DNA of 64,000 nt from Takakia lepidozioides (taxonomy: Eukaryota; Plantae; Bryophyta). Shown piece after piece: positions 36,317 through 50,816 of this stretch. Within the stretch, counting starts at the first letter, position 1; each line of letters begins with the position of its first letter. The notes under the pieces were generated by a model, which had not been told where the DNA came from, made no database searches, and worked only from the letters and a program-made list of their open reading frames with translations. A program made the position numbers and the translations under genes. The stretch spans positions 46,500,001 through 46,564,000 of the forward strand of contig CM060734.1 of NCBI GenBank assembly GCA_030704615.1, written 5' to 3'.

Positions 36317-38429
36317 ATGCCGACTTGTACCATGTGCGTGTCCCTTGCCCCTCTTCCAAACTCTTTGGTCCTAGCCCCGGCCTCCCCGATTCGTCAAGCT
36401 TGTTCAACTACCTCTCCTCCCTTCCGTTCTCATGTCTCCACTCTTTGTTATTTGCACAGCACGAGGGAGACCCCCCTCGCAGGCATGACTAGACAGTCTA
36501 CTATTCTCTATTCCTCTGTGAATTTTTCAAAGCTTGCAAGCCCATGCTACGGGAGTGCACCATTGAGGATTCAAGCAACCGCGTCTCCTGTCGTCCAGCC
36601 GGCCAATGCTCCTGGAGCTGGGAAAGAGACGAGAGATGACCGGGTGCAGCAAATTCACACAGTTGAAGAATTTGATAATGCCTTGAAAGTAGCCAGTAGG
36701 AAGCTGGTTGTGGTGGAGTTTGCAGCTAGCCACAGCGTCAACAGCCGGAATATCTACCCAGCTATGGTCGATCTTAGTCGCACCTGCCAAGACGTGGTTT
36801 TCCTTCTTGTTCTTGGAGACGAATCTGAGGGCACAAAGGATCTCTGTGTTCGGGCTGGAATTGAGAAGGTGAGGCCTGTCTCTCATTTGACCCAATGTCT
36901 AGCTACGTCTTGGTTCGAAATGGGATGTTGCTGGAAGGCCCATGTCAGTGAGGAGGAGTTTGTCACGCAAAGAAAGGATTTCGTATACCTCAACCGATCT
37001 GATGGCATATCTCAAAGCATTACACTCATGACCGCGTGGTTGCCAGTTCTCTTTGAGATGAGATAAAACTATCACAGACTCAATTGACCTAACATACCAT
37101 CTAGAAGAAATGAAGAACTTTTGTGCTTATCAGTCAGCTCATGCTATGGTGTTTTTTTTTGGAAGACTTCAGATTCTCCATGTACCTCTTTTACATGGGT
37201 CTTCTTAGAGGTTGAAAACACAAACCTGGACACAAAGAAATCTTTTCCATTGATCTCTTTTACCCCTCCCGAAACTCTATTCCTTTGGGTCTCCTGGTAG
37301 TAACCGCAGATCCAATAAACTGTGCGGATGAAGCAGAAACGGGGGTGTTTTCTTTTTGGGTTGGGGTGGGGAGCAGAGCATTACCTCGGAGTGCTAGGTG
37401 GTGAAGAGATGAGGGAAAGGGAACCTTTGTTTTATGGGCACACGGTAGCTTTTACGGAAGCCATAGTCCTTCATACGAGGACACTGCTAGATGTTGGCCT
37501 TTTGCCTGCTGTTCTCAGAGGAAGTCTCATTGGATAGGCCCAAAAATATTGCAACTGGAGAGGCCAAACTACCATCTAACAGAACTAGATCAGCTCTTAC
37601 CTATCAGGAAATACCGGTGCTTCTAGTGGCAGCTCCTCACACTTTGCCCCAATGCAGGTTCCACATTTCATCTTTTACAGGAATGCAGAGATAGTGCATG
37701 AGGAGGAGGGCATTGACGCCGAGCAGCTTACTGGGGATGTTTTGTATTATGGTGACAATGATGCTCCAATCCATCAGCTGCACAGCAAGGCTGATATTGA
37801 AACACTGCTGCAGCAGCACGCTTCGGACCATAAGCTGGTAGTGCTGGATGTGGGCCTCAAGAGTTGTGGCCCATGTGTGAAGGTCAGTGCGTTCGCCATA
37901 TCTGGAAATCGACTCATCTGTTTCTGATTCAATGTCTCTTAGGCAGATTGAGTCGCAGCTACCTTCTTAACTTCCCCCTCATGTTTGCAGTTGAATTGTG
38001 GTTGTGTCAAAGGGTCTCCAGAACTTTCTCATAGTATGCAGGCCACTTCATTGTAAACTCCTACAATAAGAACTTGAACATTGACGTCATATGGGAGGGT
38101 TAACTGCCAATGCTTTGCAAAGTGCTGGTATGGAGATGTTTATCATCATTTAGTCTAAAGTTTTCTACATCGGTGTTGATATGGTAATGAAGGTGTACCC
38201 AACATTTGTGAAGCTCTCGAAAAGGATGGCTGAAACAGCCGTGTTTGCACGAATTCATGGTGATGAGAATGAGGACTGCACTGAGTTCTTGAGGTCCATG
38301 AATGTAGTGGAAGTTCCCACTTTTCTATTCATTCGGGATGGCAAGATGTGTGGGCGCTATGTTGGTTCGGGGAAAGGGGAACTTATTGGCGAGATTCTGA
38401 GGCATCAAGGGGTAAGAGTCACATATTAA
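36317..38429 (+). CDS. CDSP32: Plastid double-thioredoxin protein CDSP32 (exons 36317-36868, 37658-37882, 38193-38429)
   Basis: Transit peptide; first Trx domain lacks CxxC; second domain [17 protein letters not shown]; C-terminus [21 protein letters not shown]. Confidence 0.93.
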
Positions 38430-39459
38430 TCCCTATGTGTAAAAGGATGCTCAGCCTCTCTGCATGAGGCGTTTCCTTTGTGAAATTCTTCACCCTTTTA
38501 TTAAAGCTATTGAGTTGCTTACAGTAGGGGAAAGTAGCTGTCCATCTTAAGGTGGTGATGGGTGTACAATGCGGAGGACATTCTTATCAAGCTTTGGGTG
38601 ACTTCGTCTTTCGCTCGTGACCTACATCTCACATTTCATGGGGCTGAATTATTGTTTGGATACTGCAGTTAATGAGTGTAGTTTACCATTTCGTGTCCAA
38701 AGTGGAGAGGTAGAATGTTTGTTTGCCTTTGAATGGAAATGTGCATGTGCTGTTCTGCAAACTGTGGCTTGCATATTGGAATGACATCAGAAAGAGAACT
38801 GAGCTGGCTGATGTTCGGTCCTCCCTCTCTGCTTATGACCTAAATAGTGAGGGAACTATTGGAGCTCCTGTTAAACTGGAAATGAGTGGGGCTGTTCTCC
38901 AAAGGATACACTGTTACCTCCTAAACAGAGAGGACATTTTTACTCTTCTTGAAAGCTCCCATGGATCTGTTGATTCCATGCACCTCAGCATTAGATCCAG
39001 TGCCCTTTTCTTTCAATGCTCCTTTAGGCAGCGAAAAAATGAACTAGGAACCTGCTAGAGACTGGCCTCTCACGACAGCTGGGAGGAACAACCAGTAATC
39101 AACCATGGGTTGCGAACCACTGGTGGTTCCAAAGGACGGATAAGCTACCATGGGCTTTTACAGTATCCAGGCTTCCAGCTACCAACTAAGAAGGTAGGCT
39201 TCAGAAGTCTGTCTAGCACGGTGATGCTAGAAACAAGGTCAGCAAGCTCCTGCAATTCTATTGTCCACTTCTCGGAGTGCACTTCTGTGTGGGCCAATTA
39301 AATACACTCAGCCTCTTTAATCAATTTTAACAAGGATGAGGTTATCTATCTTTCTACTTACTTCAAGTCTTTCTCTCCCATCTTTGTCTCTTATGTCATG
39401 GTTTTAATCATGATTATCTGGACTTACCTATTTCTAGTCAACTAGTACATTTTAGATAT

Positions 39460-39760
39460 TTATATTTATATTTTGTGTGTTGGGACTTCATTGGGTCTCA
39501 CATGTCAAGTGAGGTGTCAAGCCTCACTTGGATAGGTTTTCCCCTTGTGAGGATGGAGGAGGCTCATCATCTTCTTGTAGTTGAGCCTCCATGAGCCTCT
39601 CCCACCTCCATAGCTCTAGGTATTGAGAGGGAGTGTGGTGAGGGCCTTGTAGGGTGGATTTCTTTAGCAAAGGTGCCCTTGGCTTGACTTAGTTTATGTG
39701 ATTGAGTGGATTCATGAGTGGAGTGTTTCCATTGTGTGTTCATTTCCATTATCATTGTGG
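39460..39760. repeat. Dispersed repeat with CAAGTGAGG..CCTCACTTG hairpin, homologous to 58680-58960
   Basis: Colinear similarity, e.g. CAAAGGTG.C.TTGGCTTGACTTA and GAGCCTCC..GCCTCTC, plus the shared hairpin. Confidence 0.75.
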
Positions 39761-40559
39761 TATAGCTTTCTAGGATTGTGTGCTTAGATTGTGTGGTGGA
39801 CAACGATGTATGTTGTGGCACGATGCTTAGGTGCACGTGTCTCTCTCTCTCTCTCTCTCTCTCTCAACCTGCCTCCAGTTCTCTAAAAGTTTTCCAGTGT
39901 GACAACAATCAATCCAAGCAATTCGTTGGGAGGCCAATGATTAATGGAACCAATCAGGCCAGGATTGGATATAAGAGGAAAAACTGCCTATGGCTGAAAT
40001 GGTGATTCAGAGATTGGCCCTGACATAATAGTAGGCCAAACTGGAGGGATAACTAGAGCAGCTCAAGAACAACTCAAGAAATGGATGAGTATATCCAGAG
40101 TGTGTGGAATAAGGTTAACCAAGACCGCTATTTGCATAAACGGAAGGAAGAGTTCCTTTCCCATCAGCCATCTCTACTGTATATTGGTATTGCTCCTTGG
40201 GCAGATGCAGCTTTTTAACCATACTAGAACTAATCATATTGTGTGTTGAACCAATGTCAAACAACATAACTTTCTCTATGCATTGTCTTCTTCACAAAGC
40301 ATGGCCTACACATGCCAGGAACAACTTGAGGACTTACCTCAAAGGACTCAAAGGACTGACTTTCTGATAGCTGCCTTTACAGCCATAGGGATTCTTTCCT
40401 CTTATATCCAATTCTGGCCTGGTTGGTTCCATCAGTCATCAATTGGCCTCCCAAAGAATCGCTTGGACTGACTGTCGCCACTCTCATTCGATACTGGAGG
40501 ACTTTGACGATTAACCCTTCGCCCATCCTCGTACATAATTAGAGCTAACCCTGCAAGGT

Positions 40560-40969
40560 CTCACTTCTAGCTTTCTGTACATTAGGTCTGATATCATCTC
40601 TCAAGCCTTGGTAATCTGGAATGCATCGGTAACATCTCGAGGCAATTTCAAGGTATGCTCTCGATATTTATAGGCATAAACTTGAACAAGTGCTTAGTAC
40701 CCAGTCTTGTTCAGACCTTCGTCATCTGGTGGTACAAAGTTAGACTCAAATGTAACACGAAAATCAGCCCAAGTGACAACAAGTTTGGCATCAGCCTCCA
40801 ACTTCCTCCACCATCGATGTGCCCCATCAAATAGATAGACTATGGCTTGAATCTTGGCTTCATCACACTCAATTCCACAAAAGTGGAAGTATTGCTCAAA
40901 TTTAGGAGCCAGTGCTTTTCCGGCCTGCCTCTGCGCCGGTATACTTGAAAGTGGACTGTAATCCTTCAC
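40560..40969 (-). pseudogene. Degenerate retrotransposon gag fragment
   Basis: FEQYF..EAKIQ..DGAHRWW..TWADFRVTFESNFVP resembles a retrotransposon gag. Confidence 0.6.
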
Positions 40970-42265
40970 GGCACTCCGATGGGCAACCTGTCCTGCATCG
41001 CCAGTCTGTCTTTCCAGCCCTAATTGATCCGTTCCAGTGTCGTGCTAACCCACTGACATAATCTTTGGTGGATGTTTTTGTTGATCACCTCGTATAATAA
41101 GATCCTCCTTCGAAAGTTGGTGTCAGTTTATCAAGTTCCAAGAGATACAACTTAACCTTCCTTCCCTCCTTCCTTCCTAATAGGGTGCATAATAAATTCC
41201 TTTCTAAGGAGGAGACCAAGCAGTCCCCAGTCAACGTCTGTAATTAACAGATCCACCTCCCAGTTTAGACAGTTCTCTGACTTTCAATGGAATGGTCATG
41301 AAAATGTTGTAACGTTGTAACCCTGCAAAGCTTTTATTTACAAATTGACATGAGGTAACTGTACAAAGTATGGAAAGTTCCCATAGCAAGGGAAGAGTTA
41401 ACATAAAGAAATAAAAAAGAAAGCATATCAAGCTAATCAAAGGTCATGAAAGGTCATCTTATCTCTCCTTGGACATTCCCTAGTTATAAAGCCACATACA
41501 TGTGAGGCTCGTTTCCTCTCTGTCAATTCATGTATGCAGTCATAATGACTAAAGTCGACAGGATGTACTTGATCAGCTCTCTGATTGACCACGTGACGTA
41601 GCTGCTCTCCAGATGGGACGGACGGATTTTTGGCGTGTGAACCTGCCGCCCTGGAGCTTCAGTCTAGATGTAATCCAAAGAGATCTCTTGAACGACTGCT
41701 AGGACAAATGTTATAAATTCTCTTTTCGAGCTTGGAGCCATGCTGGCAGGTAAGCTTCACAAGATACAGCACTATGATGCTCACAACGACAAGATTGGAG
41801 TTCTGCCTCTCACATCTCTCTGTGAACACATTAAACCCTGGAACAACTCATGAGTAACTGCATTCTGAGACTAGCAATAACGGTGAAATCTGACTAGACA
41901 AATGTTCAAATTGAACAAAGTTCTGTCTTTTTATTAGGGTTCGCTAGCTCCACATAGGTAAAGCCCCCAGAATGGGGCTGCTGGCGTCTCATCACTGACA
42001 TGGCTACAGACCTGATCCCCAAAGCATGGGGCCCACTACCTACGAATTATCTGTTGGTGAGACAAACAACTGCAGGCGTCCAAGTGACCCTTGCCTCAGC
42101 TATACAGCTATTCGACTGGAGGAACGACTATCTGTAAAAGATGAAAACCTGTACAGCTTTATCTGTAAAGGGACTTATCTGACAATTTCTATACTGTGTG
42201 CTATTCACGATACTGTACTGACTCTGAAACATGTCGTTGCTCTCACCATCTTCTCAGTGACAGTC

Positions 42266-44062
42266 TTAGGATGTATAGCCTAGCTTCTGCAAGGACAAGC
42301 GAGGTCTAGCCTCCAGAACAAGAGGGTTTGCTTTGGGGGAAGTGATTCCCCAGCTTTCCATCATGTCAACGTCCTTCAAATCTTGTCCTGTGGGTGACCC
42401 TGGAAAATTCCAGTCGAAAGCTTGCACAATTGTGGCGAGCAAGTACTGCACCGCCGAAAATCCCATGTTTCCTCCCGCACATCCCCGTCTGCCAGAGCCG
42501 AATGGAAGATAATGGAACTCTGTTCCGAATGGGTTGATATCTGCTTTGAGGAAGCGGTCTGGGTCGAAGGTCAGGGGATTCTCCCAGTAAGCGGGGTCAT
42601 GGCTAATCGCCCATACGTTAACCAGAACCAAGGTCTTTGCTGGTACATAGTATCCCGCTATTTTAGTGGAGGACGCAGTGAGACGAGAGCCTAGGATGGT
42701 GGCTGGGGGATGGAGGCGTAATATTTCCTTGCATACAGCTTGAAGGTATGGCAGAGCAGCAATATCTGCCTCCTCCACCCGACGGTCTGTTCCAACAACA
42801 GTATCGATCTCATCTTGAAGCCTTCGTAATATGTGTGGATGCCGAACAAGTTCCCCAAGGGCCCATTCCGCAGTAGCTGCCGAGGTGTCAGCCCCTGCAC
42901 CCATCATATTCTGCAAGAATCGCACAGATTTGGACAGAATTGATCACTGAAACTACATCACGATAAAGAATTGGAGAACCTTGAATGTTCAAAGTAAACG
43001 TTACGATCTCATCAAATATTAAGAGCATCCCATGTAACAGGCAGAGGCATGCACAGGTATCAACACTTCCTTATGCACACACTGAACAAGATTGCGCAAG
43101 TCCGATGGTTTGAAGGGATGTTCGCATACCATCAAGATGCCCATTATTGCCTTGTCGGGAAGGTCTTTCGTCTCTATCATGGAGAAAAGCACATCAAGGA
43201 TGTCTTGTGTACCTCCATTGGAACCTTGCGCTGCCCGATTTTGTCTATGCTCTTCGAATATGAGATTAAAAATCCTTTCAATCACAACTCTGATTTGTTG
43301 CATCTCTTTTTCCATCCCTTGGAGATCAAGCCATCTCAACGCGGGGATGAGGTCCCCAATGTTGAGCTTTCCAATCAGCACTGGAATATCGACAACCGCG
43401 AGGTGAATGAATTTCTCGTATAATTGTCTGGACTCCTCATCAGACCCCTTGAAGCGTGCACCCATGAGCATCCGAACCATGACGTGGCTTGTTGCGCCAG
43501 ACATGATGGGTCTAACTTTGACAGTTTCTCCCTTCTGCACAACGTCATGTATGGCGAATATCATGCTCTCCATCTCTTCTCTTCGGATGCTTGCAAACGT
43601 TCTCAGCCGAGATACCGAGAGCAGCTCGGTCGTGCAAATCTTCCGAAGAAACTTGGATTGCTCCCCAGACGAAAAGATGATGTCGTTGTAGTCAAAGCTA
43701 ATGTATTTACCAGCAATGAAATGAGGACGTTCTGAGTTCAACTCGGCATCATGAACCTTCAGTACCTCTCTGGCCATCTCTGCATTGGAGATAATCACGT
43801 GACGTCTGTAGCCAAGGGTGATATACATGATGGGCCCGTATATCTTGGCAAGGCTCTCATAAGTCCGGTGAGGTATAGACCCCATGAGAAACATGGAGCC
43901 GACAATTGGCCATTCAAAGGGCCCTGGAGGCAGCTTACGGGCTCTCTTCTGTAGGTGGGCTAAGAGAAGAACCACGACCGAACCTGCTAAAAGAAGCACT
44001 AGAATATTTGCAGGGCTAGCGAGAAGAGCCCCCCTCCAACTTCCTTCAAGCAAAGCAGACAT
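42266..44062 (-). CDS. Cytochrome P450, A-type/CYP71 clan (exons 44062-43130 and 42910-42266)
   Basis: TM anchor plus LPPGP, AGADTS, KEILRLHPP, FDPDRF and heme motif PFGSGRRGCAG. Single phase-0 intron just before the I-helix motif. Confidence 0.95.
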
Positions 44063-44257
44063 CTTTGCTACTCCTGCAGACTCCTCAACTTATACTGCAG
44101 TGGTATGTCGGATGTCTCTCTTACACCTCCACTCTGCTCTTCCACTCTGCACCTTTGTCCCTCACTCTCAAGCTACCTCAATCTCCCTCTGCACCTTTGT
44201 ACCAACTCAAACTCAAATCGCTCCCTCCTCTCTAATTTCTTCTCAACAACATGAGAC

Positions 44258-44402
44258 CTCCCTCCCTCCCTCTCTCTCCCTCCCTCCTCTCTGTCTCTCT
44301 CCCTCCCTCCCTCCCTCCCTCTCTCTCTCTCTCCCTCCCTCCCTCCCTCCCTCTCTCTCTCTCGCTCTCTCTCTCGCTCTCTCTCTCTCGCTCTCTCTCT
44401 CT
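44258..44402. repeat. CT/CCCT microsatellite upstream of the P450
   Basis: Direct sequence. Confidence 0.95.
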
Positions 44403-46187
44403 ATGGCCCATCAGGCCAGGCTTTATGCAATGATTGCTCAAGAACCTTCGGTCCCGCGTCATGCATGGTCATGAGGTGGCCCCACCCCCATGCACACCTA
44501 TTTTAATATTTCTATTAAAATTCTTGGTAATTTTCCCCTATCTTTTCTCTCTAAATATAAATTGTTTTTCATTTTTTGGGCAATGTTTACTGGACTTTGT
44601 CTTTTGTACTTGAGCAGGTAGCCCAGTGGTTGGGTGTTTGTGCCTTGCCTGTGCATAACCTGGGTGATCCTGGGTTCAATCCTTCAACATGTGCCTTCAG
44701 ACCGTCCATTGGCCCTCGATGGCCTGTGTGTTGAGCAGTAGGCTCTGTAAATTCACTGGACGTTAAAGAATCTTTATCTTTATCTTCTAGGGCAATGTGA
44801 GAATGTGAAAGCTCCCCAACTTGGGTCCCCTTCTTGTGGACTACTTACTTCTCAAAACGGAGGTCCATGGGCCTCCACATATTGGTACAAGATTTAGCTT
44901 TATACCGTGACAACGTTTTCAGCATGTCTACCAAAATATCTTACCCTCGCAAAAGGAAGGTGTAGCAGAATCTAGTTTTGATTTTTTTTTTTCCAAATAT
45001 ATGTTTTAAAATTTCTTATCTTGTCTTAGAGGATTACGAGAAAAAGGAGGGAAAAGAAGCAAGTAATCACCTTCCATTTATAGGCATAGAGGACTAGACG
45101 ACGAGATATAATACCAAACCGGACAAGGTGGCAGGATTTGAACCCCAGTCACTTGGGTGGCACACTGCGCCAATTGGTGGAAAAACATAGGATGGGAGTT
45201 GAATGTGCACTGCGAGCCTTTGGAGCGAGCCCAAGAGGATCAAATCCCCACCGCTGTCCCCTCCAGCATCACCCAGGTGATTCTGGGTTCAAATCCTGTT
45301 ACTATGCCACGCAATTGTATAATCTTCTCCCCCTTCCCTGGGACGCCTCGAGGCGAAAAGAGGTTTTGTTCTTACCGCTCACTTACTTACCGGCCACTGA
45401 TTTACGAGACCCGGTCGCCCCTGAAAATGAATTTGTCGCTTGCGAGTAATAAGACGACAAGGGTGATGACTAGAACCTCAGGGTATGTGTTGGACATAAG
45501 TGCACTACAGTACGCCCAAGTAAAATGCGTCAACGTATTGTACACGGTGGGCCGTATGTCAGACCTAAAGCATGCCCATCATGTCAAAGTCAAGGGAGAA
45601 AATCTGGTCAACTATCCTTACACCGTGTCAACACTCTTATTGGTCCAAAACCCTTTATTGGTGTGTGTTATGTTGAGACATGCCAATCAGGAAGGTTTCT
45701 TTTTCTTTTTCTTTTTCTGTCCTTAAATTTTTCAATTTAAATGATAACTGCTCTGAGGGAGGCTCGAGCGAGTATATTAAAGAGGAAAAAAATAAACCTC
45801 TCATGACATGCCATGGAGGCTGAGAAAGGGGACACCGCCCCCTAGAAGTATTGACATGCTAGAAATGAACAATTATTATTATTATTATTATTTTTGCAAC
45901 TTGTGTATAGTAAAATAACAAAAGATCTAGTACAAACTATTTTGAACACTCACCACACCACAAATCTTGCCACATTGGAAAGAGCCCTTCGTGGTTTACA
46001 GCTTGTTTGAAAGGAAAAGGGAAAGAGAAAAAAAAGAAAAAAAGAAAAAACGAATGGAGCCCTAAAGTGACTTGAAGTTTATGCAATATCCCTACTCTTT
46101 CCATCCACATCCCAATCAATTGCTTACTAATGTACACCACTCACTCTACCTTCATAGCCACTTTTGTTGCACAACATTGGTATAAAC

Positions 46188-47057
46188 CAGTGTTGTGCGG
46201 GTTCTGCCTTTTAAGGAACCCGCTGGGTCCAGGTGCGGGTTGTTTTTCGGAGCCAAGCCCGGGTCTGGATCCGGGTTTTTGAAATTTGGAAAATCCGGGT
46301 CCGGGTTTGTCAACACGAACTCGGGTTAGGGTCCGGGTAGTTGTTGGGAAATATTAGCGGGTTCACGGGTTCGGATCCAGGTCCTAATTTATTGATTAAA
46401 TAAATTAGAAAAATTAAGATTAATTAGGGATAAATTTATTTTTGGCTGGAAAAAAAATTAAATCCTAATAATGAATTTTATTTTAAGAGACATTCCTTCA
46501 AAATATACCATGAATATGAATATGTATACCATGAATAAGAATTAAATTAAGTTTGAGTTTCATTTTCTATTTTTCAATATCAATTCTTTAAACATGTTAA
46601 GAATAGTAATATGCCTGAAGGGTAGATCACTATAGCATGGATGTGTGGGATCTGGCCTAATAATAATATATGACGTCTCCTTTGGGAGGTGTAAATTATG
46701 GTCCCGGAGGGCACAACTTTGTGACACCACTCCGGGGTTTGAACCCACAACCGCTTTTGAGGTGGTATGTGGGCATTATCACCGGGCTACAACGTGGTGG
46801 GGCTGGCTGCTGCGGCCTATTGCTGCTCGTCCCGTCCACACATATGACAAAACCTACCAAATCTAAGGTGGACCCCCCTATGCCCCATCTAAATTTAAGA
46901 CCCCAGCAGGCGGGTCCGGGTCCGGTTCTGGGTTCATAATGAATCCGGGTTAGGGTCCGGGTTTTTTGTGATAGCACGGGTCCGGGAGCGGGTCCAGGTA
47001 ACCCGGATCCTAACCCGCCGGGTACCCGCCTTCAAGACTCGGACCCGCACAACACTG
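46188..47057. mobile_element. Non-autonomous hAT-type element (MITE)
   Basis: TIR CAGTGTTGTGCGGGT / ACCCGCACAACACTG; near-identical 8-bp flanks GTATAAAC / GTATAACT; CCGGGT subterminal repeats at both ends. Confidence 0.85.
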
Positions 47058-47242
47058 GTATAACTATAAACTAAGTATGAGCAACTTGCACCATAAAATG
47101 TCATGAATTATTGGAGCGACAGCTCACAAATCAGGCCCCTTGATAGAGAGAGGAGAAAATAACCTCTTAGTAACCTCGCCTTAAGGTTTTCTGATGCAAC
47201 ACTGCGCAGGGAAGGGGGAGAAGAGCGTACTACACCCATCAA

Positions 47243-47305
47243 GTAGCAGGATTTGACCCCAGGGTCATCCAGAAGGCACTCATTGTACTTTACCAACTGA
47301 GCTAC
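47243..47305 (-). mobile_element. tRNA-derived SINE-like head
   Basis: Minus strand GTAGCTCAGTTGG (box A)...GGGGTCAAATCC (box B); no clean cloverleaf. Similar heads at about 44618-44682 (+), 45128-45180 (-) and 53716-53780 (+). Confidence 0.55.
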
Positions 47306-49589
47306 TGACTGTTGGTCATGGATGGCATTATATGTGACATACTTGAACCCTTTCACAATATTTACAAACCAAGTCTATAAATAAAACAAGATGCATATAT
47401 GTAGCCTTGGTTCAAAGTATCACATTCATCCATCCTCACACTTTAGTTCTCAATAATAATAATTACAATGTTCCCTTCTCCAACCCATGCTTTAAGGTGA
47501 CTCCAACCCCTGTGAAAAAATTTCTTTGGTATGTTTGTGGGCATCTGATTTATTATGAGCTGAACAAGTAGTGATTTTTCTGCCCAGAAGGGGAGCTTTA
47601 GTGAAATTCTGCTTACAATGGCTTGTGGATTAAAACCTGGTCCCTTAGTGTGGGCCTTTACTTACCAAAAACTAGGCACCTCACGGGTCCATTCAGAACG
47701 GACCTTGCCGGGCACACACTCTACTATGTAAAAGTCCCAAGGCAAGCCATCCCACTTTGTGTTGGTTGCGAAACAACAAGATGGGTGTCATGGCAAACAC
47801 GTGCATTTTAACACTTTATAAATTGGTCACACTTTTCGACGGGGCTTTATGCGAACCATTGGAGGGCACTCCACAAAGAGAAGACCTACACCACACAGTT
47901 CCGTCCACGAAATTGGCCAATGCTCTTGTATGACCTGGACCATTGGATGTTGGCAGATTAGCTTGTGGAGGGCTTGATTATTGCTCAATTTTCATGACTT
48001 GGCTATTTTCCCGGTGTTGACATGTCTTAGTCTTGCATAAGACAATGACGTTGGGTAATGGCCATTTGTTGTCGAAACATAATCCATGTATGCTAAAAAC
48101 ACGAGTCCTTAGCGGGTAGGTGGAACGGGTCATGATCGATCAAGTCATGAGCATCACTACTTGAGATTCAGGAAGGAATTGTCCTATGAGCGGATGATGT
48201 ATGAATTCATTATCAAGAGGACAACGTCTATCATACCAAAATCTAGAAGCTTCCATAATTTCAAACCTCTCCCTTATGTTTTGCCAAAGCAAGAGAGCAT
48301 CGCCCTCCAAGGCTTGTTGTTTCTTGGTGATGGTTCACAGGGTTATCTCAGTGTGCTCAAGCATTACGGCAGCTTCAGGCTTGAAAGGGATTTAATTTTT
48401 TTTTCCCTTCAACAATATAGCTCTCAAGGGCTTCCTTCCCTTCTCAAGAAAAAAAAAAACTGTATTAAATATGCAAAACCTAAAAAATTAAAAAGATTAC
48501 ATATATCGTATAATGTGTGTAACTAACTCATACAAACTAATGTGCTGGTCTATTATCATAGCCGGAAGACACTTTGACATAGGATGGGAGTTGAATGCAC
48601 GAGGCGCGAGCCCATTGTTATGGTCGCCTGGGCTCGCCGGAGCTGTAGTCATATATTAATTTTGAGTGGTGGCAAGTAGTTAATTTTGAGTGGTTGGGTG
48701 CATTGATTGATGTGTTGGGGTGCAGGGTTCAAACATAGCAAAGATCAATTGGTATATTCAATGATTTGAAGCTGCTAATATGAATTTTTTGTATCTCCAA
48801 AAAAAGTGTAAGTCCTTCAAACGCATATCTGCTCCACTGTTCCCAACCTTCGCTTCTATGTTCCCACACATATACTACTCCTCTATTTCGCTCCCACGTT
48901 ACTTGATGTTTCCAGTCCCTTGTGTTACTGCTCCACCGCTCCCCTGTTATTAATCGCACTCCCCTATTACTGCTCCCCTCGCTCCCTTGTGTTATTGTTC
49001 GTCTCTTACTAGTTACTACTCCCCGAGAAAGGGGGGAGGAGGGATTGGAAACCCTAGGCGGGGGAGCGGGACAGGGGAGCGACGCAACGGAAGCAACGGA
49101 GCAAAGGGGAGGGGACCATGGGACCAAGGAGCCCGTGAAGCACGAGCGAAGTGCCCGTGAAGCACGAGGGAAGTACGGGACAGGACAGGACAGGGATTCG
49201 CCCAGGAGGCCAGTCTGCCTAGCTCAAGTGATCGTACAGGGTAAGGCTTGCACGTGCGCATTCAACTCCCATCCTGAGTCCCGTACAAACGTACAAACCA
49301 TCATAGGCCGCGCTTGAATACCGGGGTATATCCCAAATTGTTGGTACTTAAGTAGATTAAAACTGGAGACTGGTTACTGATTGATGGAACATGGAAGTTG
49401 CCGGTTATGATTGTCCTAAAAGATAACCTTAAACTACCTCAGAAATATGCCAAAAGGACAGTACCCAACACGGGGAAGAGGCCTCTGTCCCTTTTCTCTT
49501 TAAAAAAAACAACAAAAAGAAAAAGCAGAGGCTCTTATTTACGCTAGCTTCGGCTGGCTGCCATATATATATATATATGTGGCATCGTG

Positions 49590-49959
49590 TGTAGGATAGG
49601 TAACCATTACATAGCAATGTCAATACTAAATTACTCGTTTGGAAAATATTTTGGTTAATTATTTTCACGAGTATAGGATAGGTAACTAGCATGTAACAAC
49701 CTCAATTTTGTCCAGTAATTACCGGTTACAAATCATGGTGGTGAACTATGTCAACATAACAACATTATATTGCAACCTCAATTTTGTCCAGTAATTACGT
49801 AATTACCTTCTATAAGTTGTGGTGCTGAATTATGTTTGGGTGTAGGATATGATCAGTAACCACATTATATACAAACCTCAAAATTTGTCCAGTAATTTCC
49901 GGTTGGAGATCTTGGTGGTAAATTATGTCATCGTGTCTAGGATAGGTAACCAGGTTATA
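49590..49959. repeat. Tandem repeat of about 85-95 bp (GATAGGTAAC...CAACCTCAATTTTGTCCAGTAATT)
   Basis: Several degenerate units; the last unit resumes at 50817 after an insertion. Confidence 0.75.
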
Positions 49960-50816
49960 TACCGTAGGTTCATAGCAGATTAGGCACAAATTAAATTAAA
50001 AAAAAGGCGCCTAAGCAAATCTGTGATTTTTCAAGATTTATGCCTAAAAGGTTGGAAAAATAATATGAAAGTGCCTAATTCAGTAAAATTGTCTAAAACA
50101 ATACTACTCTATATAATTTATATTGAAAATAAAAAACAAATGCCTCCATAAATGTTCAAAAAATATAGGCCAACTCCCTAGGTCCAAGGACCTTCCAATG
50201 ATAAGTACTAAGTACACAATCAAGCATTACATAAGAGGATTTCCAAGTTAGCAGGATAAGTATTAAGGTACACAATTATTACTCTAGATTAAGGTGTGGG
50301 TTGTCACCGCCTTTTGTAGTTGAATTTCTCTCTCTCTCTCTCAAATGTCACTACTTAATTCCATCTCTTAGGCCAACCACTTGTCTGGGGGTCGTTCCAA
50401 CAACAAAGCAAAAAATTGTAGCACAATTTGAGCCCATTACCTTGTGATCTCCTGGTGAGTGTGTTTGGGCCATGATTTAGCCTGCGGCCTAAAAGTTGAG
50501 CCTGACCTAAGCTTGGCCCAGGCTGGGTTCCTCCATTGTTAGCCATCTCCACATTTGGGCCGGCATCGCGCAGTGGGCTCTGGGACGCCATCTCCATTAG
50601 AAAAGATTTTTTTTTAGGGTTTGTCTTGGGGAAGAAGAGAGAGGGTACGTGAGGATGGAAGGAGAAGTTCCAAATGATAAAAGGTGCCTAACACCAAATA
50701 TTATGGATGAAAAGTGTCTAATTTACATAAATCCTTTTTTTAAATGCCTAAAAAGAATATTCCAAGTTAAATAATTATTTGGCACTGGGGTTCTAATCTG
50801 CTATGAACCTACAGTG
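49960..50816. mobile_element. Non-autonomous TIR element, probably CACTA/CACTG type
   Basis: Inverted GTAGGTTCATAGCAGATTAG / CTAATCTGCTATGAACCTAC; the right end reads CACTG on the minus strand; it splits a tandem-repeat unit. Confidence 0.75.

Noticed and set aside
43884-44474. Leu/Ser/Pro-rich and Arg/Glu-rich ORFs
   Set aside because: They are microsatellite translations and antisense to the P450.
47243-47305. Functional tRNA gene
   Set aside because: A and B boxes are present, but I could not fold a convincing anticodon arm or acceptor stem.
47600-48400. Possible CACTA transposase remnant
   Set aside because: Only faint motif hints in shifting frames; not supportable by eye.
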